Below, in pieces: positions 51,948 through 63,100 of a stretch of 64,000 nt of DNA (position 1 is the stretch's first letter; every line of letters begins with the position of its first letter). The DNA is taken from NCBI GenBank assembly GCA_963748015.1, contig CAVVHE010000009.1, positions 512,001 to 576,000 on the forward strand, in the 5' to 3' direction. Both the position numbers and the translations under genes were made by a program. This DNA comes from Terriglobia bacterium. Lineage in GTDB: Bacteria > Acidobacteriota > Polarisedimenticolia > Polarisedimenticolales > JAIQFR01. The notes beneath the pieces were generated by a model that saw only the letters and a list, made by a program, of their open reading frames with translations, did not search any database and was not told the DNA's origin.

Positions 51948-53902
51948 GTGAAACGCGCCATCTCCAGATACTGGATCGTCGCCGTCGTCGCCGCGGCCGC
52001 CGCGATCGTCTACCTTCCCGCGCTGCGCGGCGAGTTCGTCGAATGGGACGACGCCGAGTACGTGACGGAGAACTTCCACATCCGCGCCCTGAACCTCGCG
52101 TTCGTGAAGTGGGCGTTCCTGGGTTTCCACGCGAGCAACTGGCATCCCCTGACGTGGGTATCGCACGCCCTCGACTTCGCCTTCTGGGGCCTTAACCCGG
52201 CGGGCCATCACCTGACCAGCGTGATCCTGCACGCGCTCAACACGCTCCTGGTCGGCCTGCTCGCGGCTCGATGGGTCGAGGCGGGAGGGGGCTCGGCCGG
52301 CGAGGCGCGGTCACGGCCGGTGCGGCGACCGCCGCGCTGTTCGGCCTTCACCCAGCCCACGTCGAGTCCGTGGCGTGGGTCTCGGAACGGAAGGACGTCC
52401 TCTGCGCCTTCTTCTTCCTGCTGAGCCTCCTCTTCCACGCGTCGTTTGCCGAGAGAGCGCCGGAGACCGGGAGGCGCGCGCTGCGCGACGCGGCTGGCCC
52501 GTACGCGCTGTCGCTGGCATGCTTCGCTCTGGCGCTCCTGAGCAAGCCGATGGCGGTGAGCCTTCCCGCCGTGCTCCTGATCCTGGACGCCTTCCCGTTC
52601 GGGAGGATCCGCTCGCGGCGGTCGGCCGCCGGGGCGCTCGTCGAGAAGATCCCCTTCCTCCTGCTCGCCGCGGGTTCGTCGATCGTGACGGTTCTCGCGC
52701 AGCGCGCCGGCGGGGCGCTGTCGTGGACGGAGGCCATTCCCCTTTCGACGAGGCTGCTCGTCGCCGCCGGTTCCGTCGCCGGCTATCTCGGGAAGCTGCT
52801 CTTCCCGCTCCATCTACTTCCGTACTACCCGTACCCCGCCGGGGTCTCGCTTTCGAGTCCGCGCTATTTCGTCCCGGCGAGCGCGGTGCTTGCGCTTGGG
52901 TTGGCGGCCGCCATCTGCGCCAGGAAGCGGCCGATGTGGGCCGCGGCGGGAGCCTACTATCTCGTGACCCTGCTCCCGGTGATCGGCATCGTTCAGGTCG
53001 GCTCCCAGGCGATGGCGGACCGGTACACGTATCTGCCGAGCCTCGGGCCCTTCGTCGTGGCCGGAATCGGCGTCGCGTGGGGCACTGGTGCGCTCTCCGG
53101 CGCCGCCCGCCGGCGCCTCGCCGGGCTGGCGATGGCGGGGCTCGTGGCGGCCGGAGCGCTTTCGTACCTGACGATCGCGCAGATCGGGGTGTGGCGCACG
53201 AGCTTCACGCTCTGGGACGAGGTCATCCGGCGCGAGCCGGCGAGGGTGCCGTTCGCCTACAACAACCGCGGACTCGCATACCTCGGCAAGAACGACTTCG
53301 ATCGCGCCATCGCGGATTACTCCCTCGCCATCGAGTTGAGCCCCCGGTACTGGGCGGCCTACTTCAACCGCGGCGTGGCGCTCCTCGAGAGCGGCCGGGT
53401 GGATCGCGCCATCGAGGATTTCGATCGCGGGCTACGGCTGCGTCCGCTCTACAAGATCTACTACCTGCGGGGCATGGCGTTCGATCGCAAGGGGAATCTC
53501 GATGCCGCTCGCGAGGACTACTCCCGCGCGATCTCCCTGGAGCCTTCCTTCGTGGACCCCTACGTGAGTCTCGGCGTGCTCCACGGCCGAGCGGGCTCGT
53601 TCGATCGGGCGATGGAGCTCTTCAACCGGGCCATAGCGATCGACCCGAACCATCCCCTGGCTTACGGCAATCGCGGCTTTGCGTATGGTCAGAAGGGCGA
53701 GCACGAGAAAGCCCTGCGAGATCTCGATTGGGCAATCCGGCTGGATCCCGCCGACGCCAAGCTCCTCTTCAACCGCGGCGGTCTTCACCTCAAGGCGGGC
53801 GAGCAGCCCCGCGCTCTCGTCGATTTCCGCCGGGCTTGCGAGCTTGGCGATACGAGAGGCTGCGAGGTCGCTGCGAGGATCGCCGGCGCGTCGACACCCT
53901 GA
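51948..53902 (+). CDS. TMTC-like GT-C membrane glycosyltransferase with TPR repeats; one frameshift near 52290
   Basis: FVEWDD, NWHPLTWVS, HVESVAWVSERKDVL, LLSKPMA, ADRYTYLP, then TPRs. Frame change at G5 run 52287-52291. Confidence 0.82.
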
Positions 53903-54030
53903 GGGATGGCGTGAGGGGGTCCGAGGGCGGTTTCCGGACGAGGCCGTCGAAACCGTCGCTCCGGCGTATCACCCTCCGACGGACCGACTCACGTCCCGCG
54001 ATCGCGAACGACGATGCCAGGAGCACACCG

Positions 54031-55320
54031 ATGAGGAAAACGGTATCGATGAGAACGCCGACGGCCTCGCCCCGGACGCGCGCGATCTGGAGCGCGCTCG
54101 TAGCCCTGCTCGGCAGCGCGTGCCTCGCCGCGGACGCGGCAGGGGATCGGCACGCAGACGCGATGCAGGCGAAGGAATCCGTCCGGCTTCCCGACGGGAA
54201 GACCTCGGTGACGCTGCCTCTCGAGACACGCTCCGCGCTCGTGCTGTTGCCCGTGTCGATCAACGGCTCGGAGCCGTTCTCGGTCGTTCTCGACACCGGG
54301 ATGCCGGTCCCCGGCGTGATTCTCTACGACAGCGATCGGGTGAAGTCCCTCAAACTGCCGTTGGGTCCGGGGCGCGCGCGCGTTGGCGGCGCCGGCGGCC
54401 GGGGTCAGACCTTCGAGACGCGAATCGCGCAGGGCTCGACCCTGCGCATCGGGGAGGCCGAGATCGCGGGGGCGACGGTCACCGTTCTCCCGTCGATTCC
54501 GAGCTTGTCCGCGATGCACGACGGTATCATCGGAATGTCCGTGTTTCGCAACTTCACCGTGACCATCGATCACGACCGCGAGGTGATCGTGCTGACCCCA
54601 CCCGGGCGATTTCCGCCTCCGGACGGCGCGACCGAGGTGCCGCTGCAGCTGGCGGGCAACGTCGCCTACGTGAAAGCCGACCTGGTTACACGGAGCGGGA
54701 GCCTCGCACCGCTGCAGCTGCTCCTCGACCTCGGCGCGACGCACCCGGTCTCGCTGAACGTCACGTCGAGCGATTCCATTCGCGTGCCGGAAGGCGCACC
54801 GGCGACGCGTATCGGACGCGGCGTGAGCGGCGCCGTCACGGGTCGCGTCGGTCGGATCGCCGGTCTCGTGCTCGGTGGTCACCGACTGACCGAGGTGGTA
54901 GCTACGTTCCCCGACCCGGAGTTCGAGAACCCGCGCAAGCTGGACAGCCGCAACGGAAACCTCGGAAGCGGCGTGCTCGGCCGCTTCAACGTCACGCTCG
55001 ACTACACGGCCAAGAAGATGTACCTGGTGCCCAACCGCCGTTTCGCGGAGCCGTTCGAGTGGGACATGTCCGGCCTCGTCTGCGAGGCGGGAGCGCAGGG
55101 CGAGCTCGCCGTGGTCGCCGTCGCGCCGGGCTCGCCCGCGGCCCAGGCGGGGATCGAGGAGGGCGACGCCGTGATCGCGCTCGACGGGGAGCCGGTCTCG
55201 AGCCGCGACTTCTTCAAGCTGCGCGAGCGGTTCCGCCGGGACGGCGCGCAGGTCCGGGTCGGGGTCCGCCACGGCGGCGCCGAGCGGACCGTGACGCTCC
55301 GCCTTAGCCGGCTGCTCTGA
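54031..55320 (+). CDS. Secreted retropepsin-like aspartyl protease (two domains) with C-terminal PDZ
   Basis: AGGAG RBS; VVLDTG...DGIIG and LLLDLGA...GNLG; VAPGSPAAQAGIEEGD. Confidence 0.85.
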   Translation: MRKTVSMRTPTASPRTRAIWSALVALLGSACLAADAAGDRHADAMQAKESVRLPDGKTSVTLPLETRSALVLLPVSINGSEPFSVVLDTGMPVPGVILYDSDRVKSLKLPLGPGRARVGGAGGRGQTFETRIAQGSTLRIGEAEIAGATVTVLPSIPSLSAMHDGIIGMSVFRNFTVTIDHDREVIVLTPPGRFPPPDGATEVPLQLAGNVAYVKADLVTRSGSLAPLQLLLDLGATHPVSLNVTSSDSIRVPEGAPATRIGRGVSGAVTGRVGRIAGLVLGGHRLTEVVATFPDPEFENPRKLDSRNGNLGSGVLGRFNVTLDYTAKKMYLVPNRRFAEPFEWDMSGLVCEAGAQGELAVVAVAPGSPAAQAGIEEGDAVIALDGEPVSSRDFFKLRERFRRDGAQVRVGVRHGGAERTVTLRLSRLL

Positions 55321-55510
55321 GGCAGCCCTCCGGGCGCCCCCTTTCGCGCGCGACGGCGAGGCGTTCATGGCCGTCGAGAGCAGCCGCCCCGGCGGTTTTG
55401 GTTCGCCCACCCAGGGTGCGGTCTTTTCCAGGGTCGCGCGGCTCGATGAAGACCCCCGCCGAGCGGGGGAGAACCGTCGCTGTATACTCTCCCGCCGAGG
55501 AGATCGACCC

Positions 55511-55651
55511 GTGCCCGACCGCGACCGGCGTCCGCCGCGCCGACCGATAGAGCGCGTGTTCGCGCCGGCGTGGCGCCCCGCGCCGTCGCGCGAGAGGGGA
55601 GTTCATCACTTCCACCGGCTTCTCGCTCGCGCCCTCGGGTCCGGCGATTGA
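55511..55651 (+). CDS. Putative 46-aa small protein or leader ORF
   Basis: TATACT at 55483, GAGGAG RBS, GTG start; stop overlaps the TTG start of the next gene (TTGA). Confidence 0.4.
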   Translation: MPDRDRRPPRRPIERVFAPAWRPAPSRERGVHHFHRLLARALGSGD

Positions 55652-56586
55652 ACGGCCCGACGATCGATGACGTCCGCGCGGCCGCGCGGCGGATCGAAGG
55701 GCGGGTTCACCGCACGCCGCTCGCCCGCTCGGCGACCTTCGATCGCGCCGTCGGCGCCCGGGTGGCGTTCAAGTGCGAGAACCTGCAAAAGGTGGGCGCG
55801 TTCAAGGCTCGGGGAGCGGTCAACGCCGTCCTGTCGCTCGATGCCGACGCCGCGTCGCGCGGCGTCGTGACCCACTCGTCGGGGAACCACGCCGCAGCTC
55901 TGGCCTACGCGGCCGGCATCCGCGGGATCCGCTGCGTCGTCGTGATGCCCGACGACGCGCCGCCGATCAAGGTCGCCGCCGTCCGCGGCTACGGCGCCGA
56001 GATCGTGTTCTGCCCTCGGCCCGAGCGGACCGCGACGTGCGAGCGCGTGATCGCCGAGCGCGGCCTCACGTTCATCCACCCGTTCACCGACCCGCGCATC
56101 ATCGCCGGGCAGGGAACCGCCGCGCTCGAGCTGATCGAGGACGCGGGTGAGCTGGACCTCGTCGTGGCTCCGGTGGGTGGCGGAGGGTTGCTCGCGGGCA
56201 CGGCGGTGACCGTCGCCGCGCTCTTGCCGAAGGCGGCGATCTGGGGCGCCGAGCCGCAAGCGGCGGACGACGCCTTTCGCTCGCTCGAATCCGGGAGGCT
56301 CGAGCCCGCCGTCGATTCCCCGTCCACGATCGCCGATGGGTTGATGACCGGGCTCGGCGAGATCAACTTCCGCCTGCTGCGCGAGTGCCGAGCGCGCGTG
56401 GTCACCGTGACCGAAGAGGAGATCGTCGCAGCGGCCCGCTTCGTCGCCGAGCGGATGAAGCTCGTGATCGAGCCCTCGGCCGCGACCGCACCGGCGGCGC
56501 TGCTGAGCCGCGCCCCGGAGCTGGCCGGATTGCGCATCGGCGCGATCCTGAGCGGCGGCAACACCGATTTCCGCTGGTTGCGCTAG
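55648..56586 (+). CDS. PLP-dependent serine/threonine dehydratase / serine racemase family protein
   Basis: FKCENLQKVGAFKARGA, HSSGNHA, AGQGT, PVGGGGL, IEPSAA, ILSGGN. Confidence 0.92.
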   Translation: MNGPTIDDVRAAARRIEGRVHRTPLARSATFDRAVGARVAFKCENLQKVGAFKARGAVNAVLSLDADAASRGVVTHSSGNHAAALAYAAGIRGIRCVVVMPDDAPPIKVAAVRGYGAEIVFCPRPERTATCERVIAERGLTFIHPFTDPRIIAGQGTAALELIEDAGELDLVVAPVGGGGLLAGTAVTVAALLPKAAIWGAEPQAADDAFRSLESGRLEPAVDSPSTIADGLMTGLGEINFRLLRECRARVVTVTEEEIVAAARFVAERMKLVIEPSAATAPAALLSRAPELAGLRIGAILSGGNTDFRWLR

Positions 56587-56617
56587 CCCGGACCGGGGAG
56601 AGTTACCGGCGCCGGGA

Positions 56618-57730
56618 TCAGCCCGTCAGCGCCTCCTCCAGCCGCGCCAGCCCCTCCGCGAAGCTCCTGCGCCCGAACCCGATGCGGAAGTGGTTCTCCG
56701 AGTCGTCGTAGACGGTGCCGGGGAGCAGCAGCACGCCGTGCCGCTCGACGAGCTCCCGGGTCCACCGCTCGATCGGCGTCCCCGTCAGGAGCCGCGGGAA
56801 GCCGGTGGCGCCCGCGCGCGGGCGGCTCCAAGAGAACGTCTCGGGATGCCGGTCGAGGAAGCGATCGAGGAGCGCCAGGTTCCCCGCGACGATCTCGCGA
56901 TTGCGGCGCAGTATGCGTTCCCTCGCTCGCAGGGCGATGATGGCGAGCACCTCGCTCGGGGCGCTGCAGCAGATGGTCGTGTAGTCCTTGTACGCGGCGC
57001 ACCGGCGCAGCAGGTCTTCGTTCCGCGCCGCCAACCAGCCGATTCTGAGGCCCGCGAGCCCGAACGCCTTCGACATCACCCCCAGGCTGGCCGCGCGGCC
57101 CGATAGGTCCGCCGCGGCGGGCAGGCGATCGGCGGGGTCGTGCTCCAGCAGGCGATACACCTCGTCGGAGAGGAGCGTGATGCCCGCCTCCTCGGCGATC
57201 CCCACGAGCTCGCCGAAAGCGTCGCGGCCCAGGAGCGCGCCCGTGGGGTTGTGCGGGAAGTTGACGATGAGCAGGCGCGTGTTGGGCCGAAGGGCGCGCC
57301 GGACGGCCGACGGATCGAGCTGCCACCCGCGCTCCTCCGCGAGCGGGAGCGGCGTCACGTCGGCGCCCGACGCGCGGGCCACCTCGTGGAGCGACTGGTA
57401 GGCCGGCCAGGTGACCAGGGCATGGTCGCCGGGCCCCAGCAGCGCGCTGACGAGCACGAAGACGGCTTCCTCCGCGCCCGAGAAGACCAGCACCTGTTCC
57501 GGCGCGATGTCGTCGTAGAGCCCGGCGATCTCCGCGCGCAGGAGAGGATGCCCCGCCGATTCCGTGTACCCGAGCGCGAGCGTGTCCCAGAGCGCGCGCT
57601 CCTCCTCGGCGGCCATCGCCAGCAGCTCGTCCATGCGGAGACTCTCCACGTCCGAGGCGCAGAGCAGGTACCGCGCGGAGAACTCGTGGCGGGCGAAATA
57701 GCGTTCGAGCTTGAAGTCCGCGAGCCTCAT
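56618..57730 (-). CDS. Class I/II PLP aminotransferase
   Basis: GGAGG RBS; FKLERYF; NFPHNPTG; SDEVY; SKAFGLAGLRIGW; FRIGFG. Confidence 0.92.
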   Translation of the reverse strand: MRLADFKLERYFARHEFSARYLLCASDVESLRMDELLAMAAEEERALWDTLALGYTESAGHPLLRAEIAGLYDDIAPEQVLVFSGAEEAVFVLVSALLGPGDHALVTWPAYQSLHEVARASGADVTPLPLAEERGWQLDPSAVRRALRPNTRLLIVNFPHNPTGALLGRDAFGELVGIAEEAGITLLSDEVYRLLEHDPADRLPAAADLSGRAASLGVMSKAFGLAGLRIGWLAARNEDLLRRCAAYKDYTTICCSAPSEVLAIIALRARERILRRNREIVAGNLALLDRFLDRHPETFSWSRPRAGATGFPRLLTGTPIERWTRELVERHGVLLLPGTVYDDSENHFRIGFGRRSFAEGLARLEEALTG

Positions 57731-57838
57731 CTTCGTCCTCCCGGGTGGCCCCGTGCGCCCGATTCTCCTCCCGGCGCCCGTCGAGCGAAAGGGCCGCTTG
57801 ACCGGCCCGCCAACCGACGCTACGCTCGGCGCTCCTCC

Positions 57839-60118
57839 ATGCGGGCCCTGTTCACCGTCGCCACCCTTCTCGGAGCGGCGCTCCTGTTCCTCGTGCAGCC
57901 CATCGTCGCGAGGATGGCGCTCCCGCTCCTCGGCGGCTCCCCCGCGGTCTGGAACACGTGCATGCTGTTCTTCCAGACCGTGCTCCTCGCGGGCTACGCG
58001 TACGCGCACCTGATCGTGGCTCCCCGGCGGCCGAGGGTCCAGGCCGTCGTCCACGTGGCGGTGCTCGCCGCGGGACTGCTCTTCCTCCCGATCCGACTGT
58101 TCGCCGCCCCCGGGCCCGGTTCCCACGGGCCGCCCGTCCTGTGGCTCCTGGGGACGCTCGCGACGTCCATCGGATTCCCGTTCTTCGCGCTCGCAGCGAC
58201 GGGCCCGCTCGTCCAGCGGTGGTTTCACGTGTCGGGACACCCCGAGGGGCGGAACCCGTATCCCCTCTACGCGGTCAGCAACCTGGGAAGTCTCGCGGCG
58301 CTCCTCGCCTACCCCCTGGTCGTGGAGCCGGCCCTCGGCCTTAGCTCCTCGTGCTCGTCGTGGTTCCCCCCGCGCATAGGGTGCCTCTCGCAGAAGTCGC
58401 TCTGGTCGATCGGCTACGTCGTGTTCGCCGCGCTCATGACGGGGTGCGCCGTGTTCGTCGCCAGGCGCGCGCGCGCGGCGCAGCCGTCGGAGACGGACGA
58501 CTCGCCAGGGGTGGCCGTGCCCTGGACCTCCCGCGCTCTCTGGGTGCTTCTCGCGTTCGTACCGTCGAGCGCGCTGCTGGGCGTGACCCAGTACCTGAGC
58601 ACCGACCTCGCGGTCTTCCCGCTCCTGTGGGTCCTGCCGCTCGCCATCTACCTGACGACCTTCATCCTCGCGTTCTCCCGCCGCGCGTGGATCTCGCCCG
58701 CCTGGTCGTCGGCCGGGCTCGCGGTGGCGGCCGTCGGGGTCGTGGCCAGCTTCTGGGTCTTCGTCCGCCCGTACCCGTGGGTCCTGTTCGTCCTCCACCC
58801 GATGACCCTGTTCTTCATCGGGATGGTCTGCCACGGGAGGCTCGCCGCGCTCCGCCCGGTGCCCGGGCGGCTGACCGAGTACTACCTGTGGATCGCGGTC
58901 GGCGGGGCGCTCGGCGGGGCGTTCAACGCGCTAGCGGCGCCGCTCCTCTTCAACTCGATCGCGGAATACCCGATCGTGCTGCTGGCCGCTTGCCTGCTTC
59001 GCCCCGGCGCCCTCCTGCGTCCCCGCGTCCTCGACCTCGCGCTTCCCCTCGGCCTGGTCGTCGCCGCGAAGGGGATGCCGCTCGTCGTCTCCCGTGCCGG
59101 GATCGAGAGCACCGTCGGCGTACTCGCCCTGCAGGTCGGGATTCCCTGCGCGCTCGCCGCCCTCCTCATGAGCCGTCCCCTCCGATTCGCGCTCGGAGTC
59201 GGCGCGCTCCTCCTCGTGGCGCGGGCCCAGACGCGAGTGTCGGGCGAGGTCCTTTACGCCAAGCGCGACTTCTTCGGCGTCCACAAGGTGGTGCGGGTCG
59301 GCGGCCCGGCCTACCGGGGCGTCGACACCGCCGGTCGGCCGGCGACCGTCGACGTCTCCTTCCACGTCCTCTACGACGGCACGACGCGCCACGGCGCGCA
59401 GCGCCTCGAGGAGAAGGTCCGAGGGAACCCGACGAGCTACTACCATCGCACCGGGCCGGCGGGGCGGGTCTTCTCGGCGCTCGAGGGGACCGACCGTCTC
59501 GATCGGATCGCGGTCGTCGGGCTCGGCGCCGGCACGCTGGCCGCCTACGCGCCGGCGGGGGGGCGGATCACCTTCTACGAGCTCGATCCCGAGATCGCCC
59601 GCATCGCGGGGGACGAGAGGTTCTTCACCTATCTGAGGGATTCCCGCGCCCGCGTCGAGGTGAAGATCGGCGACGGCCGCCTCGAGCTGGCACGGGAGCC
59701 CGACGGGCGTTACGGCTTGATCGTCCTCGACGCCTTCAGCTCCGACGCGCCGCCGGTCCACCTCATGACGCGCGAGGCCCTCGAGCTCTACTTCCGCAAG
59801 CTCCGGCCGGACGGCCTGCTGCTGGTCAACCTGACCAACCAGCACCTCGATCTCGAGCCGGTGTTCCACTCGATCGCGGCGGCGCTGAACCTGACGGGAC
59901 TCGCGACGTCGGACGACGCGACCACGCTCGAGCAGGCGCTCGAGGGGAAGAACCGATCCTCGTGGCTCGTCCTGGCGAGAAGCCGGGAGGCCCTGGGCAC
60001 CCTGGCGCTGTCCTCCGACTGGTGGCCGGTCCCCGTCGAGTCGGCCGGCCCCCCGGATCGCCGGTTCCTCTGGACCGACGACTCCTCGAGCGTCCTGCCC
60101 GTGCTGCGAATCTGGTAG
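57839..60118 (+). CDS. Fused membrane (MFS-like) / spermidine synthase-like SAM-dependent protein
   Basis: LGGSPAVWNTCMLFFQ, PYPLYAVSNLGS, VVGLGAGTL, GDGR, LDAFSSD, WTDD. Confidence 0.88.
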   Translation: MRALFTVATLLGAALLFLVQPIVARMALPLLGGSPAVWNTCMLFFQTVLLAGYAYAHLIVAPRRPRVQAVVHVAVLAAGLLFLPIRLFAAPGPGSHGPPVLWLLGTLATSIGFPFFALAATGPLVQRWFHVSGHPEGRNPYPLYAVSNLGSLAALLAYPLVVEPALGLSSSCSSWFPPRIGCLSQKSLWSIGYVVFAALMTGCAVFVARRARAAQPSETDDSPGVAVPWTSRALWVLLAFVPSSALLGVTQYLSTDLAVFPLLWVLPLAIYLTTFILAFSRRAWISPAWSSAGLAVAAVGVVASFWVFVRPYPWVLFVLHPMTLFFIGMVCHGRLAALRPVPGRLTEYYLWIAVGGALGGAFNALAAPLLFNSIAEYPIVLLAACLLRPGALLRPRVLDLALPLGLVVAAKGMPLVVSRAGIESTVGVLALQVGIPCALAALLMSRPLRFALGVGALLLVARAQTRVSGEVLYAKRDFFGVHKVVRVGGPAYRGVDTAGRPATVDVSFHVLYDGTTRHGAQRLEEKVRGNPTSYYHRTGPAGRVFSALEGTDRLDRIAVVGLGAGTLAAYAPAGGRITFYELDPEIARIAGDERFFTYLRDSRARVEVKIGDGRLELAREPDGRYGLIVLDAFSSDAPPVHLMTREALELYFRKLRPDGLLLVNLTNQHLDLEPVFHSIAAALNLTGLATSDDATTLEQALEGKNRSSWLVLARSREALGTLALSSDWWPVPVESAGPPDRRFLWTDDSSSVLPVLRIW

Positions 60119-60153
60119 AGCCGTCCTGAGCCGAGCCGGTTCGCGGCGAGACG

Positions 60154-63100
60154 TCAGCGCTTCGGGAGCTTCTTCAGGAGAACCTCGACGGCCTTCTCGA
60201 GCTGCTCGTCGCGGCCGGCGGCTTCCCGCGCCGGGTCGTTGTCGACCGGGTAATCCGGGTCGAGGTGCTTGTTCTCGGTCAGGTCCCCGGACGGATCGAG
60301 GTAGCCGACCTCGGGAATGCCGAACGTGAGCGAGCGGTCCTGCAGCCGCTCCCACCAGACCGACGTGCAGGTGCCCGGCACCTGCATGCCGACGGTCTCG
60401 CCGATCCCGAGCGCCTTGTAGGCCGTCGGGAAGCAGTGGGCGTCGGAGTAGTTCCCCTCGTTCATGACGACGATCGACGGCTTGGTCCACCGCATCCCCG
60501 GCTCGACGCCGATCTGCCGGCCGCGCGGCACCGCGCGGTAGTAGACCTTCCCGGTGAGGAAGATCGTCAGGGGCTCGACGAGGTTGCCGCCGCCGTTGAA
60601 GCGCGTGTCGAGGACGATCGCTTCCTTGTCCACGGCGCGGCCGAAGATCTCCTCGAAGATCTCCCGGTAGGCGCCGTCGTTCATGCCGCGGATGTGGGCA
60701 TAGCCGAGCCTCCCGCCCGAGAGGCGATCGACCTCGGCGCGACGGCTCCGGACCCAGCGCTCGTAGAGGAGCGCCCCCTGGTCTTGCCAGGAGACCGGCT
60801 TGACCGTCTCCTCCCAGCTCTTCCCGCCCTTCGGGTCGAGGAGGCCGAGCCGGACCTGCGTGCCGGCCTTGCGGTTGAGGAGCGGGTACCAGTTGGCCCC
60901 CGCCGCGATCGTGGTCCCGTCGATCGAGGTGATGACGGCGCCGGGCGCGATCTTCGTCCCCGCCTTCTGGAGCGGCCCCTTCTCGAGGACCTCGAGGATC
61001 TTCACCCCCTCGCCGGCGTACGACGGGTCGGGGAAGAAGCCGAGGGCGGCGGTCGCGTCGCCGTCGGGGCGCGTCGGGCGGAAGCGCCCGCCCGTGTGCG
61101 AGGCGTTCAGCTCGCCCTGCATCTCGGAGATGAGCTCGGCGAAGTCGCGGTTGTTGTCGAGGTGGGGGAGGAAGCGGGCGTAGGCCGACTTCAACGCCGC
61201 CCAGTCGACGCCGTGGAGGTTCTCGACGTAGAACTTCTCCCGCGTCTGGCGCCAGGCGTGCTCGAAGAGGGCGGCGCGCTCCTCGGCGGACTTCAGCTCG
61301 ATCTTCGCGGAGACCTTCACCGGGGTCGCCTTGCCCGACTCGAGGTCGATGCTGGAAAGCTTGTCGTCGGCCAGGACGACGGCCTTCTTCCCTTCGGGGT
61401 CGAGCCGCAGGCTCGCCGAGCGCTCGGCGTCCAGCTTGGCGACGAGCTTGATCTCCTTTTTCCTCGGGACGTACTTCCAGAGGTCGTAGCCCTTCTCGAA
61501 GCGGGCGAGGTAGACGAGCGTCTCGCCATCCGGCGTCAGGTCGGCGTCGGCGAGGCTCGCGGAGTGGAGCGAGAGGCGGGCGATCCGGTCCTCGAGACCG
61601 TCGAGCTCGAGAACGACCGGGTCGGGGAGCTTGACCGCAGGCTCGGCGTCGGTCTTCTTCCCCGGCTCCTCGCCCTTCTTCGCGTCCTTGTCCTTCTCCT
61701 TGTCCTTCTTCTTCTCGGCTTCCTTCTCCTTCTCGACGAGCTGGGCGTAGGCGGCCTCGTCGAGACGGAAGCGGTCCCACGCCTTGCGGGTCAGGAAGGC
61801 CGCGAAGACGTCCGACTCGCGGGGCGAGCCCGATTGCTGGCGCGTGCCGTAACGGTCGCTCGACCAGAGGAGGAGCTCGCCCTTGCGCGCCCAGCGCGGC
61901 GACTCGTCCTCGTAGCCGCTCCGGCTGATGTTGACGACGGGCTTGCCCCCCGCGGCGTCCACGATGCCGACCTCGCTCGACCAGCGCGTCGGGCTCAGGA
62001 ACTGAACGGCGACGCTCTTCCCGTCGGGCGACCACTCGTACCACTGGTCGCCGTCGGCGTAGGAGTAGTTGAGGTCGCCGGGGAGGATCGTGCGCGACTT
62101 GCCGCTCGCGAGGTTCAGGACCTTGAGGGTCGTCCGCTCCTCGAGGTAGGCGACTTCCTTGCCGTCGGGGGAGAAAGCGGGCTGGAACTCCTCGGCGGGG
62201 GTGGCGAGGACCGCGCTCTCCTTGAACGCCGTCGCATTGAAGAAGGCGCTCTCGTCGGGATCGATCCGGTCGGTGCGGTAGACGTTCCAGCTCCCGTCGC
62301 GCTCGCCGGCGTAGAGGAGGCTCTTCCCGTCGGGGGAGAAGCTGACCGAGCGCTCCTGGCCAGGCGTGTCGGTGATCCGGCGCGTCGTGCCGTACTCGAC
62401 CGAAGCGACGAAAACCTCGCCGCGCGCGACGAAGGCCACTTCCTTGCCGCTCGGCGAGAGCTCGAACTCGCTCACCTCGGAGGCGACGTCGGCCGGGGCG
62501 ACGGCGAGGTCGCGGCGGTCGGCGGAGGCGGTCACGGAGAGCTTGCGGCTCTCGGTCGCGCCGGCCGGGCGGATCCAGATCTCGCCGTCGAACGCGTAGC
62601 AGAGGTCGCCGGCGGTCGAGGCGCTCAGGAAGCGGACAGGGTGGACGGCGTGCTTCGTGATCTGCTTCGGCCGCGACGGGTCGGCGAGTTCGAGCTTCCA
62701 GACGTTGAAGCTCCCGCTCTTCTCGGAGAGGAAGTAAAGGGCCTTGTCGCCGGGGGCCCAGACCGGCTGCCGGTCGTCGACGCCGAAGCCGGTGAGCCGC
62801 GTGTGGGTCCCGGTCGCCTTCTCGAAGATCCAGACGTCTCGCGCGAACGACGAGTTGTCGTGCTTGCGCCACTCCATCTCGTAGCCCTTCTGGTCGGAGT
62901 ACGCGAGTCTCTCGCCGGCCTTGTCCCAGGTCGCGTAGGGGGCGGGCGTCGAGAGGACCTGCACGGGCATCCCGCCGGAGAGCGCGACGCGGTAGAGCTC
63001 CGGCTGCGCGCCGGTCGGGAACTGGGCGTTCGTGGCGGAGTCGAGCCGCGCCGAGCTGAAGAGGACCGCCTTGCCGTCGGGCGTGAAGCTCGTCGGCGTG

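Noticed and set aside
52375..55320. 981-aa ORF as one fused protein
   Set aside because: The N-terminal part is an off-frame overlap of the TMTC-like gene; the real gene starts at 54031 with its own RBS and signal peptide.
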